Notes under the pieces: model-generated | Databases searched by the model: none | Told to the model about the DNA's origin: nothing | What the model saw: only the letters and a program-made list of their open reading frames with translations | Translations under genes and position numbers: made by a program | Assembly: GCA_963709585.1 (NCBI GenBank) | Contig: CAVPXI010000007.1 | Location: 384,001 to 448,000, forward strand | DNA: 64,000 nt | Direction: 5' to 3' | DNA from: Candidatus Dormiibacterota bacterium | GTDB taxonomy: Bacteria > Chloroflexota > Dormibacteria > Aeolococcales > Aeolococcaceae | Part shown: positions 1 through 14,337 of the stretch, in pieces | How positions within the stretch are numbered: position 1 is the stretch's first letter | Layout: every line of letters starts with the position of its first letter

Positions 1-1415
<1,415 letters not shown>

Positions 1416-1560
1416 GACCGATCCATCTTCGCACTCGATGACGGCGCGAGGTGCCGGCCACGGCGCAGCATCCCGCCTTCTGCCTGAAACAGTCGGATTG
1501 ACCACAACACCCGGTGCGGCGCGGCTATCCTTCTCGTCCTGATGAGGAATTGCAAAGGAT

Positions 1561-2451
1561 TTGGTCGTGGCCGGCAGCCAGAGAACTGACGTCCGCCCAG
1601 AGCACCAGCTCTACCACGAGTACACGACCGACGTCGACCAGGCTCGGACCAACGTCCACTATGAGCAGCCGCCGGAATTCTTCCTGCTCATCACCGGCGG
1701 TGATTGGAACGTCTACTCGGCCAACCTCTGGGACCCGGGCACCGAGGACGACACCGCCTCACAGCAGGCAAAGCTCGACCTGATCGCTCGGCTCGCGGGT
1801 CTCGAGCGGGGCATGCGCCTCATCGATGTGGGGTGCGGCTGGGCCGGCCCACTCACCTATCTGTGTGACACCTATGGGCTCACCGGTACCGGGCTGACGC
1901 TGTCACCGACCCAGAAGGGCTATGCCGAGCAGCGGATCGCCGGCCGCGGCACCGACGCGAAGATCGTCCTCAGCCACTGGGAGGACTACACGCCTGACGA
2001 GGAGGTGGACGCGATCTACACCGACGAGGTGATCGTCCACTTCTTCAACCTCGCCGGGTTCTTCGCCAAGTGCCACGAGTGGCTCAAACCCGGCGGCGTG
2101 ATGATCAACAAGGAGTTGCACCTCAAGCACCCCCGGCACGCGAAGCTCGATCGCGGCGGCGAGTTCGTGAGTCAGATCTACGGAGACACCGGCAACTACC
2201 GGACCCTCGCGGAGGAAACCCGCCTCGCCAATGAAGCGGGATTCGACATCGAGCGGGTGCATCACATCGAGCGCCGGCACTACGAGGTGACCATCGACCA
2301 CTGGCTGGCGAACATGCACAAGCACGCCGACCAGCTCAAAGAGATGGTCGGGGACCAGCACTACCGCGATTTCCGGGTGTATCTGCGGCTTGCCCGGCAC
2401 ATCCAGCGCAACGTGACCCTCGACGTCGTGGTCTGCCGCAAGTTCGCCTGA
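1561..2451 (+). CDS. SAM-dependent methyltransferase, cyclopropane-fatty-acyl-phospholipid synthase family
   Basis: HYEQPPEFF...YSANLW...QQAKLDLIAR...IDVGCGWAG, GLTLSPTQ, and C-terminal HYEVTIDHW pattern of the Cfa/CmaA family. Confidence 0.82.
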   Translation: MVVAGSQRTDVRPEHQLYHEYTTDVDQARTNVHYEQPPEFFLLITGGDWNVYSANLWDPGTEDDTASQQAKLDLIARLAGLERGMRLIDVGCGWAGPLTYLCDTYGLTGTGLTLSPTQKGYAEQRIAGRGTDAKIVLSHWEDYTPDEEVDAIYTDEVIVHFFNLAGFFAKCHEWLKPGGVMINKELHLKHPRHAKLDRGGEFVSQIYGDTGNYRTLAEETRLANEAGFDIERVHHIERRHYEVTIDHWLANMHKHADQLKEMVGDQHYRDFRVYLRLARHIQRNVTLDVVVCRKFA

Positions 2452-2463
2452 ACGAGCCGGGGG

Positions 2464-3198
2464 TCAGGTCGGGGTCGAGAGCTGCGCCAGGTACGACGTG
2501 AGGTGGGTGTACGCGCCGGTGGCGAGCAACACACCCAGGGCCACGGTGATGACACCGCCGGCCAGCGTCAGGGGGCGCACCAACCGGTTGAGACGGCGGG
2601 GGAGTTCGGGGAGTGACGCCCAGAGCAGCGCCACCGCGATGAAGGGCAGGCCGAGCCCGAGCGAGTAGACGACCAGCAGGAGCGCTCCGCTCAGTGCGTG
2701 GGAGCTGAGTGCGGCGAGGGTCAGCGCCGCCGCCAGGTACGGCCCGACGCACGGCGTCCAGCCGAGGCCGAAGACGACGCCGACCAGGAAGGCGCCGAGC
2801 ACCCCGCGACGGCGCAGCCGTTCGGGGAGCTGGAATCCCTGGGTTCTTTCGAGCATGCCGACCCTGACCACGCCGATGATGGCGAGGCCGAAGAGGATCA
2901 CCGCGACCCCGCCGACGATCTCGACGATCCGTCCGCTCACCGCCCCATTGGCAACCCGCGCGATCCCCCCGGCGGTCAGCCCGAGGAGGACGAAGACGAG
3001 CGTGAACCCGGCGACGTAGAGCAGCGAGCCGGCGAGGAGCCGGAGCCGGAAGCTGTGCCGGTCCGGGTTGCTCAGCTCCGCAGCGCTCACCCCTGAGACA
3101 CATGCGAGATAAGCCGGGAGCAGCGGAACCGTGCACGGTGCGAGAAAGGACCCGAGCCCCGCGACGAAGGTCGCGAGCACCGTGGCAATCGAGAGCAT
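2464..3198 (-). CDS. ccdA: Cytochrome c biogenesis / thiol-disulfide transporter CcdA
   Basis: SFLAPCTVPLLPAY and FGLGWTPCVGP motifs, multiple TM helices. Confidence 0.9.
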   Translation of the reverse strand: MLSIATVLATFVAGLGSFLAPCTVPLLPAYLACVSGVSAAELSNPDRHSFRLRLLAGSLLYVAGFTLVFVLLGLTAGGIARVANGAVSGRIVEIVGGVAVILFGLAIIGVVRVGMLERTQGFQLPERLRRRGVLGAFLVGVVFGLGWTPCVGPYLAAALTLAALSSHALSGALLLVVYSLGLGLPFIAVALLWASLPELPRRLNRLVRPLTLAGGVITVALGVLLATGAYTHLTSYLAQLSTPT

Positions 3199-4241
3199 CA
3201 GCCGAAGGTGAAGGTGTAGATGCGGAAGCCCGCAGGCACGGTCAGGTCGATCAGATGGTAGCCGGGGGAGACTCCGGCGAGCAGCTGGAACAGGTCCTGC
3301 CTACTGACCGTGAAGGCGGAATCGGTCAACCCGGATCCACTCTCGCTGCCGGCGACCGCCTTTCCGTCAAGTTTGACTGAAACCGGCAGTGCAGCCCCGG
3401 GCGTTCCGGCCACGATGTACACCGAGTCGGCGATGAAGTTGAGCCGGACGTGGCCGCTCGTGTCCGCCTGCAGATACTGGCCCTCGTCGGTCCAGGTACC
3501 GGTCACCTGGATCGCGTTCTGCATCTGGGGCGGACCGGGATCGGCGTAGGCGACCGGCGCGCCGGGCGTCCCATAGAGCTCGTTATCGGCAAGCTGCCCG
3601 CGCTCGCTGCCCGCGTAGAGCTCGGGCGTCGTGTTGCCGGGGACCGGCGTGGACGACGGGAGCGCAGCGGTGTGCACGTTGAGCAGCTCCGCCACGGCGG
3701 CATCGGTCTGCGTGTAGTCCCCCTCACCGAAGCTCGTGTAGGCGACCCGCCCCTGCTGGTCGAGCAGGTACTCGGCGGGCCAGAATTGGTTCTGGTAGGC
3801 GTTCCATGTGGCCAGCTGGCTGTCGATGGCGACCGGCCACGTGACCCCGAGGCGCGTGACCGCGGCTGCGACGTTGGCCGGGACCTTCTCGAAGTCGAAC
3901 TCCGGCGAGTGCACGCCGACGATCACGAAGCCGTCCTGCTTGTAGTCGTTGTAGAGGGCCTGGAGGTGGGGAATCGTACGCACGCAGTTGACGCACGAGA
4001 ACGTCCAGAAATCGATGAGCACGACCTTGCCGTGAAGGTCCGCCAGGGTCAGCGGCGCACTGTTGAGCCAGCCGTCGATGCCGGTGAAGTCGGGGGCGTT
4101 GTGGCGGTCACCCACCGCGAGCACCTGGCCGCCGGTGCTCGACGCCGTGGCCGCCGGGGGCGGGTTGCGCACCACGGTGAACAGCACCGCGGCGACGATC
4201 AGCACGGCGACGGTTGCGAGCGCAAGACGGTATCGGGTCAC
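3198..4241 (-). CDS. Membrane-anchored redoxin (DipZ-like thioredoxin plus C-terminal domain)
   Basis: N-terminal TM; DFWTFSCVNC; GVHSPEFDFEK; C-terminal IYTFTFG typical of DipZ; translationally coupled to ccdA. Confidence 0.88.
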   Translation of the reverse strand: MTRYRLALATVAVLIVAAVLFTVVRNPPPAATASSTGGQVLAVGDRHNAPDFTGIDGWLNSAPLTLADLHGKVVLIDFWTFSCVNCVRTIPHLQALYNDYKQDGFVIVGVHSPEFDFEKVPANVAAAVTRLGVTWPVAIDSQLATWNAYQNQFWPAEYLLDQQGRVAYTSFGEGDYTQTDAAVAELLNVHTAALPSSTPVPGNTTPELYAGSERGQLADNELYGTPGAPVAYADPGPPQMQNAIQVTGTWTDEGQYLQADTSGHVRLNFIADSVYIVAGTPGAALPVSVKLDGKAVAGSESGSGLTDSAFTVSRQDLFQLLAGVSPGYHLIDLTVPAGFRIYTFTFG

Positions 4242-4333
4242 GTGGGCTCAACTGAACTGTACGGGCTCTGTGTTGAGGAACCATTACGGATCCGGTCCCG
4301 TCTGCTAGCTTGTGTCGCGACCTACGGTCGCAG

Positions 4334-6350
4334 ATGAACCCGATGAGCAACCCCGCCCCCGACCGGCTGCTCGGCGATCGGAGGCGGGTGGTCGTCGAAC
4401 GCGTCAGACCCACCGTCGACTGCGGCGAGTTCCCCGCCAAGGGCACCCGTGGGCTTCCAGTGCGAGTGTCCGCGCGTGTCTTCGCGGACGGCCACGATCC
4501 GCTCCTCGCCTGGGTCTGGCACTGGCCGGGGGCCAGGCCCCTCGCGCCCGACGCCCCGCCGTCAGGGATGCTCGAGGTGCCCATGGAGTCCGAGCCCCAG
4601 GACTGGTTCAGCGCATGGATCAAGCCCCGCCGGCTCGGTGCCTGGAGCTTCGCGGTCGTGGGGATCCGCGACGTCTGGGGAGGCTTCGCTCGCGACCTGG
4701 GGATCCGGTTCCAGGCGGGCGTCGACGTCGAGCTCGATCTCTCCGACGGCGCGGCGCTCGCCGTCGCCCGGGCCGATCTGCCCGTGGTCTCCAAGTCGGA
4801 CCGTCGGGCGCTCACCGCGCTCGCGACCAAGCTCGGCGCCGACACCGCCGCCGAGTCGAGGGTCCAGCTGGCCACACGTGAGGCGACGATGGGACTGATG
4901 CGGCGTACCGCCGACCTCAGCCACGCCACCATCGCCGGTCCGTACCCCCTGTGGGTCGAACGCGAGATCGCCGGGTACTCCGCCTGGTACGAAATGTTCC
5001 CGAGGTCGGAGGGGGCGGTGCCGCCCCGAAGCGGCACGTTCAAGCTCGCCCGCAAACGCCTCCCGGCGATCGCGGCGATGGGCTTCTCGGTGCTGTACCT
5101 GCCCCCGATCCACCCGATCGGGATCACCCATCGCAAGGGGCCGAACAATGTGACCGAGTGCTCGCCCGGCGACCCGGGGAGCCCGTGGGCGATCGGCGCG
5201 GCGTCGGGTGGACACACGGCCGTGCACCCCGACCTCGGCACAATCGATGACTTCGACGAGTTCGTCGCCGCCGCCGAGAGTGCCGGCCTCGAGGTGGCAC
5301 TCGACTATGCGCTGCAGTGCAGCCCCGATCATCCCTGGGTCAGCGAGCACCCGGCGTGGTTCCGCCACCGCTCGGACGGATCGATCCGCTACGCCGAGAA
5401 CCCGCCCAAGCAGTACCAGGACATCTACCCGATCGACTTCGACAGCGACGACGCGCCGCAACTCTGGGTCGCGCTCCGCGACGTGATGCGCTTCTGGGTC
5501 GGCCACGGCGTGCGCATCTTCCGCGTCGACAATCCGCACACCAAGGCATTCCCCTTCTGGGAATGGCTCATCGCTGAGATCCGCCGCGAACACCCGGAGG
5601 TGGTCATGCTCGCCGAGGCGTTCGTCCGGCCCGCGGTGATGCAGCGGCTTGCCAAAGTCGGCTTCTCCCAGTCGTACACGTACTTCACGTGGCGCAACAG
5701 CGCCTGGGAACTCAGCGAGTATCTGACAGAGTTGTCACAGACCGAGCTGGTCGACTGGTTCCGGCCGAACTTCTGGGTGAACACGCCGGACATCCTGCAC
5801 GCCACGCTCCAGCACGGAGGTCCAGCGGCCTTCAGAATGCGCGCGGTGATCGCGGCGATCACCTGCCCCTCCTGGGGGATGTACAGCGGCTACGAGCTCT
5901 GCGAAAGCGTGGCGGTGCGCGAGGGCAGCGAGGAATACCTCGAACTCCGAGAAGTATCAGCTGCGCCCGCGTGACTGGTCGCAGCCGGGGTCGATCGCTC
6001 ATTTCATCACCCGGCTGAACGAGATCCGCAACGGCCACCGCGATGCCATCGCGCAGCTGAGCACACTGCGCCTGCACCACATGACCGACGAATCGATGCT
6101 CTGCGTCTCGCGATCGACTCCCGAGAAGGACGATGTGATCATCCTCGTCGTCAACCTGGATCCCCATCATCCGCGGGAGGCAAACACGTGGCTGGACCTC
6201 GGCGTGCTCGGCGTGACCGGGGACCGGCCGTTCGAGGTGCATGATGAACTTGGAGGTGAGACGTACACGTGGCACGGCGCGGTGAACTACGTTCGACTGG
6301 ATCCGGCACTGCAGCCGGCGCACGTCCTGCACGTGCGCCCGCAACGATGA
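4334..6350 (+). CDS. glgE: Alpha-1,4-glucan:maltose-1-phosphate maltosyltransferase; apparent +1 frameshift at 5942-5947 (probable sequencing error)
   Basis: [49 protein letters not shown]; removing one A from GAACTC restores [16 protein letters not shown] and joins ORF 6081-6350. Confidence 0.93.
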
Positions 6351-8011
6351 AGGCACGCGTCGAGCTGGCCGATGACGCGCTCTGGTTCCAGAAGGCAGTC
6401 TTCTACGAGCTGTCGGTCCGTGCCTTTCACGACGACAACAACGACGGCATCGGCGACTTCGCCGGTCTGATCGGGAAGCTCGAATACCTCGAGTGGCTCG
6501 GCGTCGACTGCATCTGGCTGCTGCCCTTCCAGCAGAGCCCGCTGCGCGACGGCGGCTATGACATCGCCGACTACCGGATGGTGCTGCCCGATTACGGCAC
6601 CGTCGAGGATGTTGCGCGGCTCGTCGAGAAGGCGCACCGCCGGGGCATCCGGGTGATCATGGACCTGGTCATCAACCACACCAGCGACCAGCATCCCTGG
6701 TTCAAGAGCGCGCGCTCGTCACCGGACAGCGAGTACCGCGACTGGTACATGTGGTCGAACACGAAGAATAAATTCACCGACGCCCGGATCATCTTCCTCG
6801 ACACCGAGACGTCGAACTGGACATGGGACGACGAGGCGGGGGCGTACTACTTTCACCGTTTCTTCAGTCACCAACCCGATCTCAACTACGACAACCCGCA
6901 AGTCCGCGCCGAGATCATCGACGTGTGCAGATTCTGGCTCGACCTCGGCGTGGACGGCTTCCGGCTCGACGCCGTCCCCTACCTCTTCAAGCGCGAGGGG
7001 ACCAACAGCGAGAACCTGCCTGAGACCCACGCGTTCCTCGCTGAGCTGCGCGCCGCGCTCGACGTCCAGTACCCGGACAAGGTGCTCCTCGCGGAGGCGA
7101 ACCAGTGGCCGGAGGACGTGGTGGACTATTTCGGCTCACCGGACGAGCCCGAATGCCACATGTGCTTCAACTTTCCATTGATGCCGCGGATGTTCATGGG
7201 CCTGCGCCGCGAACAGCGATATCCCATCACCGAGATCCTCGATCGCACTCCGGCTGTGCCACCCAACTGCCAGTGGGGGATCTTCCTGCGCAACCACGAC
7301 GAGCTCACCCTCGAGATGGTGACCGACGAGGAGCGCGACTACATGTGGGGTGAGTACGCGAAGGACCCGCGTGCCAAGCTCAACCTCGGGATCCGCCGCC
7401 GGCTCGCCCCGCTGCTGAACAACGGGCGCCGTCAGATGGAGTTGTTTCACGGGCTCATCCTCTCGCTCCCGGGCAGCCCGATCCTCTACTACGGCGACGA
7501 GATCGGCATGGGGGACAACGTCTACCTCGGCGACCGAGACGGCGTTCGCACCCCGATGCAGTGGACCGCCGACAGCAACGGTGGTTTCAGCCAGGCGGAT
7601 TTCGCACAACTGTATCTGCCGCCGCTCATGGACCCGGTCTACGGCTACCAGGCGTGCAATGTCAGCGCGCAGCGCCGCAACGAGTCGTCGATGCTGCACT
7701 GGCTCCGCCGGTTCATCGCGGTGCGCAAGCGCTTCCCGGTGTTCGGCGAAGGGAGCTTCGAAGCCCTCGACGCGGCCAACCCCTCGGTGTTCGCCTTCCT
7801 GCGCAGCATGGACGGACAGACAGTTCTCTGCGTCAACAACCTTTCGCGATTCGCGCAACCGGTCGAGCTCGACCTGCGCAAGTACGCCGACATGACGCCG
7901 GTCGAGATGCTCGGGCGGGTCCACTTTCCACGCATCGGCGAGCTGCCGTACCTGTTGACCATGGGTCCGCACGGTTTCTACTGGTTCACGTTGGACCCAC
8001 CGGCATCATGA
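6347..8011 (+). CDS. treS: Trehalose synthase / maltose alpha-D-glucosyltransferase
   Basis: [58 protein letters not shown]. Confidence 0.96.
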   Translation: MKARVELADDALWFQKAVFYELSVRAFHDDNNDGIGDFAGLIGKLEYLEWLGVDCIWLLPFQQSPLRDGGYDIADYRMVLPDYGTVEDVARLVEKAHRRGIRVIMDLVINHTSDQHPWFKSARSSPDSEYRDWYMWSNTKNKFTDARIIFLDTETSNWTWDDEAGAYYFHRFFSHQPDLNYDNPQVRAEIIDVCRFWLDLGVDGFRLDAVPYLFKREGTNSENLPETHAFLAELRAALDVQYPDKVLLAEANQWPEDVVDYFGSPDEPECHMCFNFPLMPRMFMGLRREQRYPITEILDRTPAVPPNCQWGIFLRNHDELTLEMVTDEERDYMWGEYAKDPRAKLNLGIRRRLAPLLNNGRRQMELFHGLILSLPGSPILYYGDEIGMGDNVYLGDRDGVRTPMQWTADSNGGFSQADFAQLYLPPLMDPVYGYQACNVSAQRRNESSMLHWLRRFIAVRKRFPVFGEGSFEALDAANPSVFAFLRSMDGQTVLCVNNLSRFAQPVELDLRKYADMTPVEMLGRVHFPRIGELPYLLTMGPHGFYWFTLDPPAS

Positions 8012-9534
8012 GTGCGCAGGACGGCGGCGTGACGGCCATACTCCGCGACCATCGCCTCGCGGGCTGCGAGCAGGCGCTCGGCGCGTACATCGCCCGGCAG
8101 CGCTGGGCCGGCGCGCAAGGTCGAAGCATCAGCACGACCGCGATCGTCGACGCCGCGGTGATCAGCGAGAGCTCACCCGTGCTGCTGCACACGCTCACCG
8201 CCGTGACCTTCACCGACGGTGGGACGACGCGCTACGCGCTCCCGCTCGGCACCCGTCCGGTGGGTGATCCCATCATCGAGCGGGTGCCGGAGTTCATGAT
8301 CCCGTGGCCGGAAGCGCCCGAGCCCATCGCGCTCTACGACGCGGTCGGGGATTCAACGTACATCGAGTGGCTGCTCGACGCCGTCCGCAACCAGCGGGTG
8401 CTGCCGACCTCCACCGGGACGTTGCGGTGCTCATGCCCGGACCCGGACGCGCTCGACACCGGCAGCCTGTCGTCGGTACGCCACCTCCGAGTCGAGCAGA
8501 GCAACACGTCGGTCGAGGTGGGTGACGCCATATTCCTCAAGCATCTGCGTCGCGTCGAGCCGGGACCGTCGCAGGAGCTCGAGATGTCCGACGCGCTCGC
8601 CGCCGCCGGCTTCACCCACCTTGCGACGATGCTCGGACGCGTGGTGTGGGAGTCGGGTGGCGACGCCCCCTCGGCGCTGGTGCTCGTGCAGCGCTTTCTG
8701 CACAACAGCACCGAGGGCTGGGCGCTCGCGCTCACGTCGCTGCGCGACCTCTACGCCAACGCAGAGTCGGTCGGGCAGGCAGATCCGGCGGAGCGCCGCG
8801 CGATGGTGGACGACCAGGATGCCGCCTTCCTCGCCGAGTCGATGCGGCTCGGCAAGGTGGTCGCGGAGATGCACCTCGCGCTGGCCTCGGGTGCGCCGGG
8901 CACGGACATGGCGCCGGCGCCGCTGACCGAGGGGTCGCTCAACACCTGGGCGAACACGATGACCCGCGAGCTCGATCACGTCCTCGCCCGCGACGAGCCG
9001 TCGCTCGACCCGCTTCGCGACGTGAGGGATGCCGTGGTGGCTCGGTTCGATCAGATCCGTGTGCTCTCTCCAGGTGGATTGCTCATCCGCACTCATGGCG
9101 ATCTGCACCTCGGCCAGCTCCTCCGCATCGACACGGGATGGGTGATCCTGGACTTCGAAGGCGAACCGGATCGGACTCCGGCCCAACGCCGCGAGCTCAC
9201 CACGCCGCTGCGCGACGTCGCGGCGATGCTCCGCTCCTTCGACTACGCGGCCGCGGCCGCGATCGCCGATCGCACCGGGCCGGAAGGGGCCGAGGCCGAG
9301 CTGCTCCGCGGCTACGGTGAGGCCTGGGCTGACGCGAACCGCGACGCCTTCTGGAGCGCGTACCTCGACACCATCGGCTCCCAGCCGGTGCTGCCCGCCC
9401 CCGGCCCATCGCTGGTGCTCCGGCGCGCCTTCGAGGTGCAGAAGGCCGTCTACGAGATCGGCTACGAGCTCGGTCACCGGCCGTCCTGGGTTCCGATCCC
9501 GCTGCGATTCCTGCTCCGCGGCGCCGGCCAGTGA
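8008..9534 (+). CDS. mak: Maltokinase (Pep2/Mak)
   Basis: [47 protein letters not shown]; sits between treS and glgB. Confidence 0.9.
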   Translation: MSAQDGGVTAILRDHRLAGCEQALGAYIARQRWAGAQGRSISTTAIVDAAVISESSPVLLHTLTAVTFTDGGTTRYALPLGTRPVGDPIIERVPEFMIPWPEAPEPIALYDAVGDSTYIEWLLDAVRNQRVLPTSTGTLRCSCPDPDALDTGSLSSVRHLRVEQSNTSVEVGDAIFLKHLRRVEPGPSQELEMSDALAAAGFTHLATMLGRVVWESGGDAPSALVLVQRFLHNSTEGWALALTSLRDLYANAESVGQADPAERRAMVDDQDAAFLAESMRLGKVVAEMHLALASGAPGTDMAPAPLTEGSLNTWANTMTRELDHVLARDEPSLDPLRDVRDAVVARFDQIRVLSPGGLLIRTHGDLHLGQLLRIDTGWVILDFEGEPDRTPAQRRELTTPLRDVAAMLRSFDYAAAAAIADRTGPEGAEAELLRGYGEAWADANRDAFWSAYLDTIGSQPVLPAPGPSLVLRRAFEVQKAVYEIGYELGHRPSWVPIPLRFLLRGAGQ

Positions 9535-11721
9535 CCGCTGGCGACGCGGGCGGGTCCGAGCTCGAAGCGGCCGTGGAGCAGATGCTCGCCGGCCGCCTCC
9601 GAGATCCTCACGAGCTGCTGGGACCCCGCGCCACCGGCGATTCGGTGCGGATCCGGGCGTTCCATCCGGAAGCGACCACCGCAAGCGTCGCCCGACCGGA
9701 CGGCCTCACGCCGATGCGCCGGGTAAATGCCGCGGGATTGTTCGAGGCCAATGTTCCCGCCGGCGAACGCGGTTATCGCATCCGCTTCCGCAACGCGGAG
9801 CGCGAGTGGGAGCAGGAGGATCCATACCGGTTCTCTCCAACCCTCGGCGAGCTGGACCTCCACCTGATCGGCGAAGGAACGCACGCCCAGCTCTGGCGGG
9901 TTCTCGGCGCGCGCATCGTCGAGCACGAAGGCGTCTTCGGCGCCGCATTCAGCGTCTGGGCGCCAAATGCGCTCGGGGTCAGCGTGGTGAGCGACGCCAA
10001 CTTCTGGGATGCGCGCACCTGGCCGATGCGCACCCTCGGCGGCTCGGGGGTGTGGGAGCTGTTCTGCCCGGGGGTCGGCCCCGGCGTTCGCTACAAGTTC
10101 CTGGTCACGCGCGGCGACGGGATGCGCATCTTCAAGGCCGATCCCCTGGCGAGAGCGTCTGATCATCCGCCCGGGACCGCCAGCATCGTCGAGCAGAGCG
10201 TCCACCGTTGGCGGGACGGGGCGTGGATGCGCCGGCGCGCCGCCGCGGGCCTCGAGCAGGCCCCGTTCGCTGCCTACGAGGTCCACCTGAGCTCGTGGCG
10301 TCGCGGTGCCGATGGGCGCATCCTCAGCTACCGCGAGATCGCCGAGCCCCTCGCCGCCCACTGCAGCGCCATGGGGTTCACGCACGTGGAGCTGCTCCCG
10401 ATCATGGAGCACCCCTTCGGCGGATCGTGGGGATACCAGGTCACCGGGTATTACGCCCCGACCGCGCGGCACGGCTCCCCCGACGATTTCCGCCATTTCG
10501 TTGACGTCATGCACCGCAGCGGCATCGGTGTGATCCTCGACTGGGTGCCCGCCCACTTCCCACGCGACGGATGGGCGCTCGCGCGGTTCGACGGGACGCC
10601 GCTCTACGAGCACGCCGACCCGCGCCGCGGCGAGCAACCCGATTGGGGAACGTACGTCTTCAACTACGCACGCAACGAGGTGCGCAACTTCCTCGTCGCC
10701 AACGCCCACTACTGGGCGGAGGAATTCCACGTCGACGGGCTGCGCGTCGACGCCGTGGCCTCGATGCTCTACCTCGACTACTCGCGACAGCCGGGCGGGT
10801 GGGTGCCGAACATCTACGGCGGCAAGGAGAATCTCGAGGCGATCGCCCTGCTCCGCGAGGTCAACGACTCGTTGCACGCGCGCAAGTCGGGCATCCTGAC
10901 CATCGCCGAGGAGTTCGACGACCTGGCCGGGGGTGACCCGGTCAACGGCGAGCGGGGGCCTCGGCTTCGACTTCAAATGGAACATGGGCTGGATGCACGA
11001 CACCCTCGACTACCTGCACAAGGATCCCGTCTATCGCAGGTACGCGCATCACCAGATGACGTTCGGGCTCATGTACGCATGGTCGGAACGCTTCATCCTG
11101 CCGCTCTCGCACGACGAGGTCGTGCACCTCAAGGGGTCGCTCCTCGGCAAGATGTCCGGCGATCCCTGGCAGCGCTTCGCCAACCTGCGCGCGCTCTTCG
11201 GCTGGATGTGGGCGCACCCGGGCAAGAAACTGCTCTTCATGGGCGGTGAGCTCGCCGAGGAGCGCGAATGGGCGCACGATTCCGAGCTCGACTGGCGGCT
11301 GCTCGACGACCCGGCGCACGCCGGAGTGCATCGCATGATGGTCGACCTGGGTGCGCTGTATGGGGCGTCGCCGGCGCTCTGGGAGCTCGACGAGAGCCCC
11401 CAGGGGTTCGAATGGATCGACGCCGGCAACGCGGATCAGAACATCCTCAGCTTCGTCCGGCGAGACGCTCACGGGCATCCGGGCATCGCCTGCATCGCCA
11501 ACTTCGCGCCCGTGGTCCGCTACGACTTCAGGGTCGGGCTGCCGCTCCCCGGCCGCTGGACCGAGGTGCTGAACACCGATTCCGATCACTACGGCGGCAG
11601 CGGCGTCGGCAACCTGGGGGCTGTCGAAGCCGGAGCCGAGCCCATGCACGCGTACTCGTATTCGGCTCAGGTGACCCTGCCGCCGCTCGCGGTGCTCTGG
11701 CTCGCGCCACCCGCGGTGTAG
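9531..11721 (+). CDS. glgB: 1,4-alpha-glucan branching enzyme; apparent +1 frameshift at 10911-10916
   Basis: [32 protein letters not shown]; removing one T from GAGTTC gives [12 protein letters not shown] and continues into [19 protein letters not shown]. Confidence 0.95.
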
Positions 11722-11742
11722 CCCCCATTGCTTAACGGGGGC
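11721..11742 (+). terminator. GC-rich hairpin immediately after the glgB stop, possible terminator
   Basis: GCCCCC-ATTGCTTAAC-GGGGGC inverted repeat; no U-tract. Confidence 0.35.
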
Positions 11743-11877
11743 GCATTCGTGAGAATGGGTGGGAACCTGCGGGCCGAGAGTGGACGTGTCGCGATGGACG
11801 AGGAATGTGAACCCATCGCGGGCGCGTCGCGCCCGGGCGAGACCGCTCTGAGCAGACACAGGGGTTGACCCACGACT

Positions 11878-12255
11878 ATGAACACCGACGAGGCCCGCAC
11901 CCGCTTGGTGACCGAACGAGTCCGGATCGAAGAGCTTCGTAACGCGGCGAACCGGCTGACCGCGGACGCCCAGGACGCGACCGAGCGCGAGCTCGCCTCG
12001 GCTGAGCAGCACCCCGCGGAACTCGCCAGCGAGACGATCGGTCTGGAGATCGATCACAGCGTCCTGCAGCACGCCGAGCTGGAGCTGCTCGAGCTCGAGG
12101 CGGCGGTCAAGCGGGTTGACACCGGCTCGTATGGCAACTGCGAGGCCTGCGGCCAGCCGATCAGCGAAGGCCGACTCGAGGCGATCCCGACGGCCAGATA
12201 CTGCATCGAGGACCAGGCCAAGCACGATCGCAACGGGCGGCGCAACGGGCGCTAG
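11878..12255 (+). CDS. TraR/DksA family zinc-finger protein
   Basis: Coiled-coil followed by GSYGNCEACGQPISEGRLEAIPTARYC. Confidence 0.88.
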   Translation: MNTDEARTRLVTERVRIEELRNAANRLTADAQDATERELASAEQHPAELASETIGLEIDHSVLQHAELELLELEAAVKRVDTGSYGNCEACGQPISEGRLEAIPTARYCIEDQAKHDRNGRRNGR

Positions 12256-12806
12256 CCGCCGAAGTCGACGTCCTTGGTCGTCACCGTCCCGGCCGTCCGC
12301 CCCGGCGCCGTCTGGTAGGTCCAGTACAAGTTCGTGTGCGCGATGACCTGGTCCGGCGGCGGCGCCCCCCATTCCGTCTGGTCCCCCGTCGTGTGGGCGT
12401 CACTGACCAGGGTCGCGTCGTATCCCCTGGCAAATGCGCCATGGAGCGTGGAGCGGATGCACGCGTCGGTCTCCGCGCCGACGACCAGAAGTCGCCCGAC
12501 TCCGAGGCCCGACAGCACGGACTCGAGCGTGGTGTCCTCGAAGGAGTCGCCATAGTTCTTCTCGACGAGCGGCTCGGCGTCGCCCGGCTTCAGCTCGGGA
12601 ACGATCCTCCGGTCGTCGCTCTCCCTCGCAAGCTGCTCGTCCGAGTGCTGGACCCAGACAACCGGGACCCGCTCCAGCCTCGCCTTCTCGACCAGGCTGG
12701 CGACATTCGCGACGACCGCGTCGCGCCGGTGAGCCCTCTCGACAACGCCGTTCTGCACGTCGACGACGAGGAGTGCTGTGTTCGGTCGGTTTTCGAGTGT
12801 GGTCAT
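12252..12806 (-). CDS. Isochorismatase family cysteine hydrolase
   Basis: [40 protein letters not shown]. Confidence 0.9.
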   Translation of the reverse strand: MTTLENRPNTALLVVDVQNGVVERAHRRDAVVANVASLVEKARLERVPVVWVQHSDEQLARESDDRRIVPELKPGDAEPLVEKNYGDSFEDTTLESVLSGLGVGRLLVVGAETDACIRSTLHGAFARGYDATLVSDAHTTGDQTEWGAPPPDQVIAHTNLYWTYQTAPGRTAGTVTTKDVDFGG

Positions 12807-12810
12807 GTTC

Positions 12811-14335
12811 TCAGTGGCGGAAGTGGCGCTCCCCGGTGAGCACGACCGCCATGCCCAGCGCGTCGGCGGCTTCGGTGACCTTTAAGTCGTTCTTGCTGCC
12901 GCCCGGGTGGATGACCGAGCGCACCCCCGCCTTGCCCAGGGTCTCGAGGCCGTCCGGCATCGGGAAGAAAGCGTCCGAGGCTGAGACAGCCCCGCCCGCG
13001 CGATCACCGGCCCGGGCCACTGCCAGCTCCGAGGAACTCCACGCGGGACATCTGACCCGCTCCCACGCCCACCGCCATGCCGTCGCGGACGATGACCACC
13101 GCGTTGGACTTGACGTGCCGGCAGACGCGCCACGCGATCAGCAGGTCGCGCCACTCGGCCTCGTCGGGCTGCCGCTCGCTGACCACGGTCATGGTCGAGC
13201 GCTCGATGATCACCCGGTCGCGCGTCTGCACGAGCAGCCCGCCATCGATGCTTCGGACGTCCAGCGGCTCGGCCTGCGACGGCCGATCCACGATAAGCAC
13301 GCGTATCCGCGGCTTGGTGGCGAGATGCGCCGCCGCATCGTCATCCAATCCCGGGCACACCACGGCTTCGAGGAAGGTCTCGGTCAGCGCGGTTGCGGTC
13401 GCCATGTCGATCGCTCGATTGACCCCGACGATGCCGCCGAACGCGGATCGCGGATCGCATTCGTAGGCCCGGCGGTACGCGTCGACGGCGTTCTCGCCGA
13501 CGGCGAAGCCGCACGGGTTGGTGTGCTTGATGATGCCGGCGGCGGGCCCGTCGAACTCGGCGACCAGCGCGCGCGCCGCATCGACATCGAGCCAGTTGGT
13601 GAAGGACAGCGCCGTGCCCTGGAGCTGGCGCGCGTGCGCCGTCCCGCCGGGTGGTCCCGGGATCGCGTAGAGGGCTCCTCGCTGGTGGGGGTTCTCGCCG
13701 TAGCGGAGCTCGTGCAATCGCGACCCGCCGACGGTGAGCTCGGCGGGCAGCCCCTCGGCGGCGGCGCTGCTGCGCAGCCACGCGGCGACCTGCGTGTCGT
13801 ACGCGGCCACGTGAGCGAATGCCTCGGTGGCCAGCCGGTGGCGGGTCGCCCGGGACACTGACTTGTGCTCGCGCAACTCGCTCATGACCGCCCCGTACTG
13901 CGCCGGCGAGACGACCACGGCGACCGAATCACGATTCTTGGCCGCGGCACGGATCATGGATGGCCCGCCGATGTCGATGTTCTCGACAATCGCGTCGTCG
14001 TCCGCACCCCGTGCAAGCGTCTCGGCAAACGGGTAGAGGGACACGACCACCATGTCGATGGGCTCGTAGCGGCTCTCGGCGAGCTGGCGCATATGCTCGG
14101 GATCGTCCCGGCGGGCGAGGATGCCGGCATGGATCGCCGGGTGGAGGGTGCGGACGCGCCCGTCGAGCATCTCCGGGAACCCGGTGACGTCGGCGACCGG
14201 CTGCGCCTCGACGCCGGCTTCGGCGAGCGCCCCGCTGGTGCTGCTGGTCGCGATCAGGTCGTACCCATGCTCGATCAGGCCGCGCGCGAACTCCACAAGG
14301 CCGGTCTTGTCGCTCACGGAGAGCAGCGCCCGCAT
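12811..14335 (-). CDS. purH: Bifunctional AICAR transformylase / IMP cyclohydrolase; apparent +1 frameshift at 13034-13039
   Basis: [52 protein letters not shown], then ASDAFFP...GERHFRH in the second frame. Confidence 0.96.
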
Positions 14336-14337
14336 GC